Assembly (NCBI GenBank): GCA_963674695.2
Contig: CAXXGI010000002.1
Span: forward strand, 224,001-288,000
Direction: 5' to 3'
Origin: a bacterium
GTDB taxonomy: Bacteria > UBA10199 > 2-02-FULL-44-16 > JAAZCA01
Length of the DNA stretch: 64,000 nucleotides
Made by a program: the position numbers and the translations under genes. Numbering within the stretch: position 1 is the first letter of the stretch; each line of letters opens with the position of its first letter. This document shows, one piece after another, positions 45,647 to 55,639 of the stretch. A model generated the notes under the pieces. That model ran no database searches, was not told the origin of the DNA, and saw nothing but the letters and a program-made list of their open reading frames with translations.

Positions 45647-46384
45647 TTACGCAAACCGCTTGAAAAAATCCACTACGCGTTCGGCGACGAGCGTTTGTTC
45701 GACATCCATCGTCAGCACGTGTTTCGAGCGGGGAAAGATCTCCGTCTCGACGATATCGGAGGCGACCCCCCGCTCGACGATCGCGACATTGGACCGTGGC
45801 GCCACGCGATCGTGCGCGGCGTGCAGCAGCAGCAGCGGGTTCGTGATGCGCCCGAGGTTTGCGGCGATCTCGCGCTGCAGGTCGCTGATCTCGAAGACCG
45901 CGTGCGCGGGAATGCGCGGCAGCGAGAACTGCCGGTAGAGCTCCCTCCCCTCGGGCGTGGAGACGCTCTGGTCGTAGTTTTTGGAGACGGTGCGCACAAG
46001 CGCGTGCAGCGGTGTGTGGCGCACCAGCCCCGTTGCGATCCGTGCAAAAAACCCCAGCCGCATCGGCGTGGCCAGAAGCGCCAGCGCGCGCACGCCCCAC
46101 CCCTCGTCGAGGGCGAGCTTGAGCGAGAGCAGTGCGCCCAGTGAAATGCCGGCGCAGAAGACGCGGTCGGTCTCGCGCCGCAGCGTTTCGAAGGCCGTGC
46201 GTACGGAGCGATACCACTCATCGCAGGTGGATCGATCGAGGTCGTCGACCGAGCCGCCGTGACCGGCCAGACACGGTGCGGCCACGCGAAAATCGGCGGC
46301 GAGGAGTGCCTCCTGGAGGGAGGCAACGGTGGCGGGCGTTCCCGTGAGCCCGTGGAGGACGAGACATCCGAGCGTCATAATCAT
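45647..46384 (-). CDS. Alpha/beta-hydrolase carboxylesterase
   Basis: LHGLTG, GHG, GISLG nucleophile elbow, HDRV (Asp), SKHV (His). Confidence 0.88.
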   Translation of the reverse strand: MIMTLGCLVLHGLTGTPATVASLQEALLAADFRVAAPCLAGHGGSVDDLDRSTCDEWYRSVRTAFETLRRETDRVFCAGISLGALLSLKLALDEGWGVRALALLATPMRLGFFARIATGLVRHTPLHALVRTVSKNYDQSVSTPEGRELYRQFSLPRIPAHAVFEISDLQREIAANLGRITNPLLLLHAAHDRVAPRSNVAIVERGVASDIVETEIFPRSKHVLTMDVEQTLVAERVVDFFKRFA

Positions 46385-46457
46385 AGATGTAGCACAAAGC
46401 GTTCAATTCGCGCGAGCCCTTATTGACAACGCCTGCCCAGACCGATTCAATACGCCC

Positions 46458-47429
46458 ATGTTCGATCTTCTCTGCATTCCGGTGCGCGAACCGCTCGCGC
46501 GCGCCGAGACGGTGCTCTTTCAAGAGCTCTCCTGCGGGATCTCCCCGATGGACGATATCGTGCGCACCGTGGCCGAAGGCGGCGGCAAGCGCATTCGCCC
46601 GGCCGTCTTTTTGCTCGCCGCGGCACTCGTCGGGGTTCCGCTCGAGGCGTCTCCCCCCGTCGCCGCTGCCGTCGAGATGGTGCACCTGGCCTCCTTGCTG
46701 CACGATGACGTCGTCGACGACGCCCCCCTGCGCCGAGGGGCGCCCTCCGCGCGCATGCGCTGGGGAAACCAGGTGAGCGTCCTGGTGGGCGACTTCATCT
46801 GGTCGGCGGCCTCGCGGATCATCGCACAACAGGGCAACACACGCCTCGTCGAAGAGGTCGCCGAAACCGTCCGCGCGATCGCCCTGGGGGAGCTGCTGGA
46901 GATTTCCCATCGCAATAACGTGGCGCTTTCCGAGGAGATCTACGACCGCATCATCGAAGGCAAGACCGCCGCGCTCTTTGCGCTCTGCGGACAAGCGGCG
47001 GCGATTATGGCGGGCGTGGGATCGGAGCTCGAGGCGGCGCTGGTGCGGTATGGTCTGCACCTGGGTCGGGCCTTTCAGCTCACTGACGACGCGCTCGACT
47101 ATCGGTGCGACGAGGGCACGCCGGGCAAACGCGCGGGCGCCGACCTGCGCGCGGGCTACCTCACCTTTCCCCTTATCGTCGCGCGGGCGCAGGCCACACC
47201 CGCAGAGCAGGACGTCATCCGCGATGCCGTCCTGGCGCGCGGGACGAGTCCCGAACAGTTTCGTGAGGTCTGCGCCATCATCGAACGCTACGGCGGCATC
47301 GCGCAGACGCTCGAACGCGCGCGCGCGGCGTCCCAGCGCGCCTGTGATGCGCTCGCACGCTTTCGCCCCTCGATCGAGCGCGACGCCCTCATCGGCATCG
47401 CCGAAGGCATCGTCGACCGACAGGCGTAG
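46458..47429 (+). CDS. Polyprenyl diphosphate synthase (IspB-like)
   Basis: GGKRIRP, ASLLHDDVVD..LRRG, GKTA and AFQLTDDALD motifs. Confidence 0.92.
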   Translation: MFDLLCIPVREPLARAETVLFQELSCGISPMDDIVRTVAEGGGKRIRPAVFLLAAALVGVPLEASPPVAAAVEMVHLASLLHDDVVDDAPLRRGAPSARMRWGNQVSVLVGDFIWSAASRIIAQQGNTRLVEEVAETVRAIALGELLEISHRNNVALSEEIYDRIIEGKTAALFALCGQAAAIMAGVGSELEAALVRYGLHLGRAFQLTDDALDYRCDEGTPGKRAGADLRAGYLTFPLIVARAQATPAEQDVIRDAVLARGTSPEQFREVCAIIERYGGIAQTLERARAASQRACDALARFRPSIERDALIGIAEGIVDRQA

Positions 47430-47480
47430 AGGGCGTTTCCCACACTGTGCATCCTTCTCCTTATGCGGGCTTTCGTCGCG

Positions 47481-47726
47481 TGTTCCACCCTTCAGGGACA
47501 TCCTTCCGTTGCACGCTTTCGCTCCGCTCGCACGTTTTGGCTCTGACTCAAGCCGCCTTTCCTCATGAACTCGCTCGCCGGCGGAAGAAAAACGCATCAG
47601 ATTTCTGGCGGGCTCAGACATCATTCGGAATTGAGATCTTCGATCTCAACCGGCGGCTCTTCGCAGGCCAAAACGGCTTGCTTCGCGAGGCGATGCAACG
47701 GAAGGATGTCCCTGAAGGGTGGAACA
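47481..47726. repeat. Family-B structured element, copy 2 (reverse orientation, 33-bp perfect stem)
   Basis: Arms tgttccacccttcagggacatccttccgttgca / tgcaacggaaggatgtccctgaagggtggaaca; core homologous to 3440-3612. Confidence 0.85.
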
Positions 47727-47759
47727 ACAATAGAGACCATAACGGAATGGATGATTTCG

Positions 47760-47913
47760 TGGAGACATCGAGCGGTAGGGTGTTTTACGGGGATCTCTTC
47801 TTTCATCGCGATCGAAGCCTCTGATGATGCGATGAAAGAAGAATAAGCCGTCGAGGCGGCGCCTGAGCCGAGACGGCGGTTCCCGTAAAACACCCTACCG
47901 CTCGATGTCTCCA
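47760..47913 (-). repeat. Family-A structured element, copy 4 (reverse orientation, 32-bp perfect stem)
   Basis: Arms tggagacatcgagcggtagggtgttttacggg / cccgtaaaacaccctaccgctcgatgtctcca. Confidence 0.9.
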
Positions 47914-48079
47914 ACCTCAGTCCGCAGTCAGTAAAACACCTGAAATCTCTAGGGGATAGCGTCTCCCGTCAATTCTGCCTTGCACTCCATTGGGCCTCGC
48001 GATAGATGCCGGTATCCGTAAGTGAATCGATTGTCGTTCATTATCTATGCGAATGTCATCAACCGAAAGGGAGGAAGAT

Positions 48080-49759
48080 ATGCGAAAACATGTGATGTGG
48101 TCTGTCGGCATTATGGCAGCATTGTCGCTGGCGCTCGCCGCCTGCGGCGGTGGTGGTGGTGGGGGGGGTGGAAGTGATGTCGATCCCACGGCCTGCGGTG
48201 GTGCAGGGCTCGGATGTATCTCTGGAACGATCACCGATTCGAGTGGGAACGCGATTACCACGGGCGCGACCGTAACCACAGCTGGAGTGGCGACGGCGAC
48301 CGCCAATGCGCAGGGATGGTATGCGGGGTCAAGCGTTGCTGAGGGCGATCAGGTGATCTGCTTCAGCGCGACCGGCTATGCGACCGTCTGTCGCACGGTG
48401 TCGATCACAGAAGCGACAAACACCCCTCTTTCGGCGACATTGTTGCCGACGCGCGGAGCGGCGGTAGCGATCCCGACGATTGAGAATGGTGGAGTCGGCA
48501 GTGACACGACCACCGCAGCGCAGGTTACGTTTACTGCTGGCGATGTCTGTGATGCCGATGGCACCGCGACGACCGGAACGATCAACTGCTACTTCACGCC
48601 GGTCGACGTGACCGATGCGACAGTCCTCGCCGCTGCGCCCTTATCGTTTCAGGCGACGGCGACGGATGGGTCCGTGGGATCGATGATCTCCGACGCGATG
48701 ATGGAACTGACCTGTGAAAACGCCAGCGGCGATGAGGTCAACATCTGCTCCAGTCAGACTGCCGATGTGCGCATTCCGGTCTATGGCACCTGCACAGTTG
48801 GTACGCTCGCCGGATGGCGCTACAACACCACGACCGGCACGTGGTCGGAGTACGACACGGGTAACTTCACGTCAGTCTGTGGAACGGATGAGACCGATTC
48901 CTATTATGGTGGAACGATCGATCACATGACCTGGATCAACGGCGATCGCTTGGTCGACGACACCTGTCTGACCGGCTTTGTCTACACCGCCGGAACGACA
49001 GCGACGAGCGTTCCCGTCACGGTCAAGTGTTGGGGGACGAACGCCAACTGGCAGAACGAGGTCCAGGTCGGTAGCTCCGGTCGCTTCTGCATCCCGGTGC
49101 CAGCAGGATATAACTATGCCTGTAACGTCTCCGACAGCACGAGTACGCTGGCGGCTGCGGACAATATTACGGGTACGGCCCCGGCGACGGTCGTTGCGTT
49201 TCCGCTTGCTGCCTGCCCGGCGGACGATTGCACCGACATCGGTGGCTTCGTCTTTGCCAGCCCGATTCTGACGACGACGCTCACCTGGGGTCTCAACCCG
49301 GCCGACCTCGATTCGCACACGGCGAGCAACGCCGGCGTGCACGTCTGGTTCTCCGACAAGGATATCGATATCCTCGAAGAATCCGTGAGCAAGGGGTCGC
49401 TCACTTCGGCACCGTACATTGCGCTCGATACGGATGACACGACGAGCTACGGACCTGAGATCACGACGGTCATGCCGTCGGTGACCGATGGCAAATACTG
49501 CTTCGGCGTACACAAGTATTCCGGCACGGGAGATATCTCGCAGGTGAGCACCGATATCAACGGAGCGGCCAAGGCGGCGACGGTCACGGTTCAGGGCAAC
49601 GGCCTGGCCCAGACCTTCACCGTTCCCAGCTCGAACCCGAGCTCCTATGAATACTGGCGCGTCTATACCGTCGAGTTCGAGGGCGGTGTGGTCAAGTCGG
49701 GGACGTTCACCGCATACAATGATCTGGTCGAGACGGCCGAGACGGATTGCAATTGGTAA
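48080..49759 (+). CDS. Thr/Cys-rich surface lipoprotein with carboxypeptidase-regulatory-like and YfaP-like domains
   Basis: Lipobox LAAC plus poly-Gly; [15 protein letters not shown]; TLTWG..ADLDSH and [11 protein letters not shown] motifs. Confidence 0.8.
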   Translation: MRKHVMWSVGIMAALSLALAACGGGGGGGGGSDVDPTACGGAGLGCISGTITDSSGNAITTGATVTTAGVATATANAQGWYAGSSVAEGDQVICFSATGYATVCRTVSITEATNTPLSATLLPTRGAAVAIPTIENGGVGSDTTTAAQVTFTAGDVCDADGTATTGTINCYFTPVDVTDATVLAAAPLSFQATATDGSVGSMISDAMMELTCENASGDEVNICSSQTADVRIPVYGTCTVGTLAGWRYNTTTGTWSEYDTGNFTSVCGTDETDSYYGGTIDHMTWINGDRLVDDTCLTGFVYTAGTTATSVPVTVKCWGTNANWQNEVQVGSSGRFCIPVPAGYNYACNVSDSTSTLAAADNITGTAPATVVAFPLAACPADDCTDIGGFVFASPILTTTLTWGLNPADLDSHTASNAGVHVWFSDKDIDILEESVSKGSLTSAPYIALDTDDTTSYGPEITTVMPSVTDGKYCFGVHKYSGTGDISQVSTDINGAAKAATVTVQGNGLAQTFTVPSSNPSSYEYWRVYTVEFEGGVVKSGTFTAYNDLVETAETDCNW

Positions 49760-49782
49760 GAGGGTTGTTTCGATGTTCCTTG

Positions 49783-49812
49783 AACCGGCCGCCTTCGGGC
49801 GGCCGGTTTTTT
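49783..49812 (+). terminator. Rho-independent terminator
   Basis: aaccggccgcc ttcg ggcggccggtt followed by tttt. Confidence 0.9.
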
Positions 49813-49956
49813 GTTGTCCGCCGTGGCCAGGACGCATATAGATATTGGCGCGTATGTGCCGCGAGGGGAGAATCGAAACCATTTTTACAGCTTTATCGGA
49901 AAAAGGGTTTCGATTCTCCCCGGGAGGCACCAACTCTTGAGCAGGGGAGTCCTTCT

Positions 49957-50325
49957 ATGACCACCAAACCATCCAAGGCGATCGAGACCTTTCCGAACCC
50001 GAATCCGGAGCGCGAGTACGAGATCGTCTTCGATTGCCCGGAGTTCACCTGCCTCTGCCCGATGACGGGGCAACCCGATTTCGCGCACGTTGAAATCACC
50101 TACGTTCCAAATGAGCTCTGCGTGGAGCTCAAATCCTTGAAGCTCTATCTCTGGAGCTATCGCGACGAGGGGGCCTATCACGAGGCCGTGACCAACCGCA
50201 TCCTCGATGACCTCGTCGCGGCCATCGCCCCGCGCTGGATGGAGATCGAGGGGACCTTCAACGTTCGCGGCGGGATCACGACGACCGTGACCGCGATGTA
50301 TGGGGAAGATCCGGAGGGGATATGA
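49957..50325 (+). CDS. queF: NADPH-dependent 7-cyano-7-deazaguanine reductase
   Basis: [26 protein letters not shown] and FNVRGGI motifs. Confidence 0.95.
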   Translation: MTTKPSKAIETFPNPNPEREYEIVFDCPEFTCLCPMTGQPDFAHVEITYVPNELCVELKSLKLYLWSYRDEGAYHEAVTNRILDDLVAAIAPRWMEIEGTFNVRGGITTTVTAMYGEDPEGI

Positions 50326-51017
50326 AGGTCCTGGCGCTTGCGGCGCTCTCCGCCCTCATCCTCTCCGTCTCGGATTGCGGCAGCAAGTGGCCGGAGACGG
50401 GCGGCCTCCTCGGCGCCGCGCGCACCGAGCAGCTCTATGGGTTGGCAGAAGCGGCCACGCCGCTTGAGGGCGCCACCGATGCCTTCGTGACAAAATTGAT
50501 GGATTCCACCACCGGCTGTGCGGCGGGGACGGTGACGCTCGACGAAGCGGGCGACTGCGATGCCGGCTCCTGGACGCTCACCGGGACGGTGAGCTGCACG
50601 GCCGAGACCGTGGGTGCGGTCACGACCCTCACGGTCCTGACGGCCGATGCGACGGCGCTGTCGCTCTATGAATGTGGCACGACTGTCTCCTCGGTCTCCG
50701 GTGTAGCCTCGACGGAGGTGCTACTGACCGGACAGGTCAAACCATTCCGCTTCGATGCGACCAGCATCATCACGGTCGATGAGAGCGACCCCGCCTCTCC
50801 CGTCACGACGCTCGATGGCTCCATGACCCGGCAATACAACAACGTCCAGATGGAGGGGGGGCTGCTGGCCCGGATCAGTTATCAATTTCTGGCGGATTTT
50901 TCCGCGACCGACCCGGTCGTTGGGGATGCCATCTGCACGGAGAAGAGTGTGAGTGCCGCAGAGAACAATATGAGTGGGAACTGCACGATTCAGGTGAGCT
51001 GCTCGGATTGTCTGTAA
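50322..51017 (+). CDS. Exported Cys/Thr-rich hypothetical protein, possible lipoprotein
   Basis: Signal-like N-terminus ending SDC; ATGA overlap with queF. Confidence 0.7.
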   Translation: MKVLALAALSALILSVSDCGSKWPETGGLLGAARTEQLYGLAEAATPLEGATDAFVTKLMDSTTGCAAGTVTLDEAGDCDAGSWTLTGTVSCTAETVGAVTTLTVLTADATALSLYECGTTVSSVSGVASTEVLLTGQVKPFRFDATSIITVDESDPASPVTTLDGSMTRQYNNVQMEGGLLARISYQFLADFSATDPVVGDAICTEKSVSAAENNMSGNCTIQVSCSDCL

Positions 51018-51084
51018 GCCGGTCGTTGACAGCACAGGCGATCTGCCGATAGAGTCTCGATACACACAATAAGGGAGGTATGAC

Positions 51085-51588
51085 ATGAAGAAGATCGCAA
51101 TGGTGATGATGGTTGTAGGCGCCATGGCATTGGCCGCCTGCGGCAGCAGCGGCTCGAGCAGCGGCGGAACGGCGGCATCGCAGGCCGAAGCAGCGTTCAA
51201 CGATTTCGGCAATGCGGTTGATGCGTGCTTCGATGCCGCGGCACAAGTCGCCGGTGGGAATGAGGCAGCGGCCAAGGCCGAGGTCTCCTGCACGTGTCCG
51301 GGCGGCGGAACGATCACTGCGGATGATGATGCGGGAACGATGGTGATCGCCAACTGCGTCTCCGCGACGGGTGAGAACTATGCCGGAACGTTTTCATCGA
51401 CCGATGGCGGTCTGACGATCAGCGGGGCGATGACCGACTTTGGCGCGTGCGGCAGCGGGACGGCGACGGGTGTTGGAACGACGACCTGCGTCGGAGCGCT
51501 CAGCGTCAGCTGCCCGGCCGGATCCATCAGCTGCACGATCACCGACGATGCCGGCGGCGAGGATGAATGTGATCTCAGCTGTTCGTAA
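51085..51588 (+). CDS. Cys-rich lipoprotein
   Basis: MKK-hydrophobic-LAAC lipobox; CTCPGGGT motif; GGAGG RBS. Confidence 0.8.
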   Translation: MKKIAMVMMVVGAMALAACGSSGSSSGGTAASQAEAAFNDFGNAVDACFDAAAQVAGGNEAAAKAEVSCTCPGGGTITADDDAGTMVIANCVSATGENYAGTFSSTDGGLTISGAMTDFGACGSGTATGVGTTTCVGALSVSCPAGSISCTITDDAGGEDECDLSCS

Positions 51589-51684
51589 GTGATCGAGCAA
51601 AACGTGTTTTCTCGGGGCCTCGATGCGCTTGACCGCATCGGGGTCCTTTTGTATAGGGCGCTGTTGCCCTACAAAGGAGCCCAC

Positions 51685-52563
51685 ATGACACACGCACTGA
51701 CCGAAACCAATATCCCCGGCCTCACCCTCAAAGGGCGTGGCAAAGTGCGCGACATCTACGATCTGGGCGATGAGCTCCTCATCGTCGCCACCGACCGCAT
51801 CTCGACCTTCGATGTGGTCCTGCCCACGCCGATTCCGGGCAAGGGCGAGGTGCTCACCGAGATGAGCCGGTTCTGGTTCGACCGCACCGGCGCCATCGTC
51901 CCCAACCAGCTCAGCGAGCGCACCATGTCCGATGTGGTTCGAGACGCCGAGTGGGTCTCGCGTATCGGCAAGCGCGGCATGGTGGTCAAGAAGGCCGAGC
52001 CCCTGCCGGTCGAGGCGATCGTGCGCGGTTATCTCTCGGGTTCCGGATGGAAGGAGTACAAACGCGATGGTGCGGTCTGCGGGATCAAGCTGCCGACGGG
52101 CTTGCGCGAGTCGGACAAACTCCCCGAGACGATCTTCACGCCCTCGACCAAGGCCGAGATCGGCGAACACGATGAGAACATCGATTTTGGTAAAGCCGCC
52201 GATCTCATCGGAAAGGATCTGGCCGAGCGCGTGCGCGACGTCTCCATTCGCCTCTATGAAGAGTCGGCGGCCTTTGCGCGCGAACGCGGCATCATCATCG
52301 CGGACACAAAGTTCGAGTTCGGCCTCCTCGGCGATGAACTCATTCTCATCGACGAAGTGCTCACGCCCGACTCCTCGCGTTTCTGGCCGGCCGATGACTA
52401 TGCGCCGGGTCGCGCGCAGGCCTCCTTCGACAAGCAGTTCGTGCGCGACTACCTCCTCGACCTCGGCTGGGACAAAAATCCGCCGGCGCCGGAGTTGCCC
52501 GCCCAGATCGTTGCGAAGACGGCGGAGAAATATGAAGAGGCGTTTGCGCGATTGACGCGCTAA
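51685..52563 (+). CDS. purC: SAICAR synthase
   Basis: GKVRDIY, ATDRIS, FTPSTKA, ADTKFEFG, DEVLTPDSSRFW and DKQFVRD motifs. Confidence 0.97.
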   Translation: MTHALTETNIPGLTLKGRGKVRDIYDLGDELLIVATDRISTFDVVLPTPIPGKGEVLTEMSRFWFDRTGAIVPNQLSERTMSDVVRDAEWVSRIGKRGMVVKKAEPLPVEAIVRGYLSGSGWKEYKRDGAVCGIKLPTGLRESDKLPETIFTPSTKAEIGEHDENIDFGKAADLIGKDLAERVRDVSIRLYEESAAFARERGIIIADTKFEFGLLGDELILIDEVLTPDSSRFWPADDYAPGRAQASFDKQFVRDYLLDLGWDKNPPAPELPAQIVAKTAEKYEEAFARLTR

Positions 52564-52590
52564 AGCAGACTATTTTTCAGGGCCTCGATT

Positions 52591-52665
52591 TGTCATCCCC
52601 GCGAAAGCGGGGATCTCGACGTGTCGTGACAATCGAGATTCCCGCTTACCCCATGCGGGAATGAC
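52591..52665. repeat. REP-like inverted doublet
   Basis: tgtcatccccgcgaaagcggggatctcg...cgagattcccgcttaccccatgcgggaatgaca. Confidence 0.85.
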
Positions 52666-52682
52666 ACTTCTACGATCACCCT

Positions 52683-53210
52683 TCATTTCTTGATCTTCTT
52701 CTGATTCTTCTTCCGCCAATTGGCAGGATTCTGGAAAGTGGGTTTCTTGACCAGGGCCTTCCACGCCTCGGTGATCTGGAAGGCGAACTCCGGCAGGCCG
52801 TTGTCACCGTAGCGACTTACATTTTCATAGGCCAGCCCCGCCTGAATGAGCGCCACCCCCAGCAGATTCCCATCAGCCAATACATGCGCGAGCGTGCGGC
52901 CGTAGTAGCCCTTGCCGCCGCGCACGATCACCACGCGTTTCGCCTTCTCCAGAAACCGTTTCGTGAATGCCGCGGCTTCCTTCCCCTTGGGCTGATCGAT
53001 CGAGATGCCATGATCGGGGTGCCTGATCTCCGGCGTGTCGATGCCGAGCACGCGGATCTGTTCGCCATCGCAGGTGAAGGAGTCACCGTCGTCGTAGACG
53101 ATGGCGGTGCAAAGCTTCGTGTCCAGCTTGCGCGATGATTTCTTGGCCTGCACATCGGCGCCCACAAAAACGATACAGACGAGCATGAGGATGGGGATGC
53201 ATTTCTTCAT
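52683..53210 (-). CDS. Secreted thermonuclease (SNase-like)
   Basis: Signal peptide ending VQA; DGDSF, IRVLGIDTPE, YGRTLA and LIQAGLA motifs. Confidence 0.9.
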   Translation of the reverse strand: MKKCIPILMLVCIVFVGADVQAKKSSRKLDTKLCTAIVYDDGDSFTCDGEQIRVLGIDTPEIRHPDHGISIDQPKGKEAAAFTKRFLEKAKRVVIVRGGKGYYGRTLAHVLADGNLLGVALIQAGLAYENVSRYGDNGLPEFAFQITEAWKALVKKPTFQNPANWRKKNQKKIKK

Positions 53211-53246
53211 GGGGTTCCTTTCTGAAATGGTTACAGGGACATCGAT

Positions 53247-53369
53247 TGTCATCCCGAGCGAGGCGAAGCCGAGTCGAGGGATCTCATGGCACTTGAAGAT
53301 CCCTCGACTGCGCCCTCTGGGCTCCGCTCGGGATGACATTTGCGCCCTCTGGGCTCCGCTCGGGATGAC
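53247..53369. repeat. Second REP-like family (GTCATCCCGAGC...) with duplicated 3' half
   Basis: gtcatcccgagcgaggcgaagccgagtcgagggatc...; tgcgccctctgggctccgctcgggatgaca occurs twice in tandem. Confidence 0.8.
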
Positions 53370-53376
53370 ACTATCG

Positions 53377-55212
53377 TTACAGTATCACCTCCGCCCGGTG
53401 TTTGCGTCCGACGAGGAGCTCGCCTTCGGCGATGAGATCTCCGCTCACCAGGATGATCGCCTCGGCGCGGTCGTGCGGCTCACCCGCGGTGGCGTGAATC
53501 GAGCGCAGGCCCCCCAGCCAACGACGCGCGTCGGCGAGATAGAGCAGGTCGCCCGGGCTCGCATTCATCTGGCTCATGGCATTGGGGTGTAGGCGCAGGA
53601 TGCGCTCGCCCGGGATCGAGGAGAGCTGTCCCACGAAGGGCGTGCCCGGGTGTTCGTTCACCACGCCGCCCTTGAAACGTTCGCGTCCGGCGCGGATGGT
53701 GCCGAGCACCAAGCCCTGAATCTCGGCCAGCGGTTTCGGTTTGGTGATGAAGGTGACGACGATGCCGATGAGTCCCGCCGCAGCGATGCCATAGAGGGCG
53801 CGCATATACTTAAACCCGCCCGCTGGATCCACGCCGTGCGCCAATGGCGCGATGAGTTCGGGGTGCCAGATCGAGATCCCGACGGCGAGCGCGCCACCGA
53901 GCAGCGTGGCGAAGGCGGCCGTCGGCGTGAAGCGTTTCCAGAAGACGCCCAGGAGGATCGCCACGACCATGGGGGGCGTGACCGATGCGATGAAGGCGCC
54001 GTGTGCGACGTAGATCGATTTGAACTGCGCGAAGACCGGTACGAGCGCGATGCCGATGCCGCCCGCCGCGAGCGAGATGACGCGTGCCGCGCGGAGATAA
54101 TGCCGATCACTCCGGTCGCGCATGATATAGGGGCGGTAGATATCGTTGACCCCCACAACTGAAACTGCGTTGATGAGCGTGTCGATCGTGGACATCAGCG
54201 CGGCGATGAGCGCGGCCATGATCAATCCGAACATCCCCGGACGACAGAGGAGTGCTGCCACCGCGACGAATATCTTCTTCGGCGCCGTGTCGGCCGGCAA
54301 GAGCCCCGCCTCGACGAAGGCCTTGCCCAACCATCCGGCGTTGGCGACCGCCAGTGCGGCCAGCGGCATCAGGATGATCAGGATGAAGAGGAAGGCCTTG
54401 CGCGCATCGCGAACGCTGCGCACGCTCAAAAACCGCAGGAGCATCCCCTGGTTCATGAAGTAGAAGGCGATGTTGTTGGCGATGCCGTCCTGCCAGAAGA
54501 CGCCCGCGAAGTGAAAGCTGTGCGGCTCGTTGAAACTCGCCATCGGGAGGCGCCAGGCCTCCGGCAGGAGCCTCCAGAAGGTATCGAATCCGCCGAGGTA
54601 CAAAAGCCCGAGGGCGAAGAGCGTGAGCCCCGCCACGATGAGCAGCACGCCCTGCAGAAGGTCGGTCATGATGACCGAGGTCTGTCCACCGGCGGTGACA
54701 TAGACCGAGCAGACCACCGCGACCGCCACCGCCGACCAGAAGATGTCGGTGCCGAGCATCGCATTGAGGGCCACGCCCATCGTGTAGAGGTTGATGCCGA
54801 TATAGCCGATCATGTAGATGAGGATGATGATCGTGGCCATCGCGCGCGAGCGAGCGTCGAAACGTCGTTCGAAATATTCCGGAACGGAGGCGACGCGCGA
54901 GTAATAGATGATGGGAAGCCAGGTGAGCAGGAAGAGCCCCATCACGATCCAGTCGTTGAGGTAGCTCATCGTCGAGGACATGCCGAACTGAAAGCCGACA
55001 GCGGAATACTTGATGAAGCTGTAGGAGCCCACGGTCGTGGCCACCGCCGAGAAGGCGATGAGCCACCAGGCATAGCGTTGGCCGCCGAAGAAGAAGTCGC
55101 GCGTCGAGCGCGTGAAGCGCGCGAAGAGGGCGCCGAAGCCAAAGATGGCGACGAAATAGGCGATGATGATGGCAAAGTCGAGCTTGGTCCCGACGACCGT
55201 TGCGGCCATCAT
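53377..55212 (-). CDS. Sodium:solute symporter (SSS family)
   Basis: DFFFGG, SVPEYFERRF, YVTAGG..SVIMTD and AALMSTID motifs. Confidence 0.92.
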   Translation of the reverse strand: MMAATVVGTKLDFAIIIAYFVAIFGFGALFARFTRSTRDFFFGGQRYAWWLIAFSAVATTVGSYSFIKYSAVGFQFGMSSTMSYLNDWIVMGLFLLTWLPIIYYSRVASVPEYFERRFDARSRAMATIIILIYMIGYIGINLYTMGVALNAMLGTDIFWSAVAVAVVCSVYVTAGGQTSVIMTDLLQGVLLIVAGLTLFALGLLYLGGFDTFWRLLPEAWRLPMASFNEPHSFHFAGVFWQDGIANNIAFYFMNQGMLLRFLSVRSVRDARKAFLFILIILMPLAALAVANAGWLGKAFVEAGLLPADTAPKKIFVAVAALLCRPGMFGLIMAALIAALMSTIDTLINAVSVVGVNDIYRPYIMRDRSDRHYLRAARVISLAAGGIGIALVPVFAQFKSIYVAHGAFIASVTPPMVVAILLGVFWKRFTPTAAFATLLGGALAVGISIWHPELIAPLAHGVDPAGGFKYMRALYGIAAAGLIGIVVTFITKPKPLAEIQGLVLGTIRAGRERFKGGVVNEHPGTPFVGQLSSIPGERILRLHPNAMSQMNASPGDLLYLADARRWLGGLRSIHATAGEPHDRAEAIILVSGDLIAEGELLVGRKHRAEVIL

Positions 55213-55436
55213 CGCGAACCTCCGATGCGGCCGATGGCGGCGAGCTGCCAGATGAGGAAGAGGGCGGCGTAGAAGAGAAAGCCGACGATGAGCACGAACA
55301 CGGTGCGCCGATCGTCGCGATTGCTCAAGCGAACGTCGTCCGCCGCGATGGGCGCGATGACGCTGGCCACAAAGATAACCCCGCCGACGATGAGGGCATA
55401 GAGCAGGCATCCCCAGTTGTGGGTAAACGCGAGCAT
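55209..55436 (-). CDS. Small two-TM membrane protein coupled to the SSS gene
   Basis: Two hydrophobic segments; ATGA overlap with the symporter start. Confidence 0.6.
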   Translation of the reverse strand: MLAFTHNWGCLLYALIVGGVIFVASVIAPIAADDVRLSNRDDRRTVFVLIVGFLFYAALFLIWQLAAIGRIGGSR

Positions 55437-55515
55437 CGGGATTGATCTACCAGGTCGCGAGGGTTCAAGTCAATTGACGGGATGTTATACGAGGGTCTGT
55501 TTTCATTTGATGGGG

Positions 55516-55587
55516 TGTCATTCCCGCGAAAGCGGGAATCTCGCTTATTTCTGCTCAACCGAGATCCCCGCGTTCGCGGGGATGACA
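55516..55587. repeat. REP-like inverted doublet
   Basis: tgtcattcccgcgaaagcgggaatctcg...cgagatccccgcgttcgcggggatgaca. Confidence 0.9.
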
Positions 55588-55639
55588 AAAACCAAGACTC
55601 CTGTTGTTTTAGAGTATTATGCTCAAATGAGGGCATGCC

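Noticed and set aside
10740-47913. Family A/B repeats as a CRISPR array
   Set aside because: Copies are dispersed and in both orientations, not tandem repeat-spacer units; no cas genes in the window.
48146-48172. G-rich tract as a phase-variation switch
   Set aside because: It encodes the usual post-lipobox Gly linker, mostly GGT codons with only a G8 run, and the frame is intact.
49813-49956. preQ1 riboswitch upstream of queF
   Set aside because: No recognisable preQ1 stem plus A-rich tail could be identified by eye.
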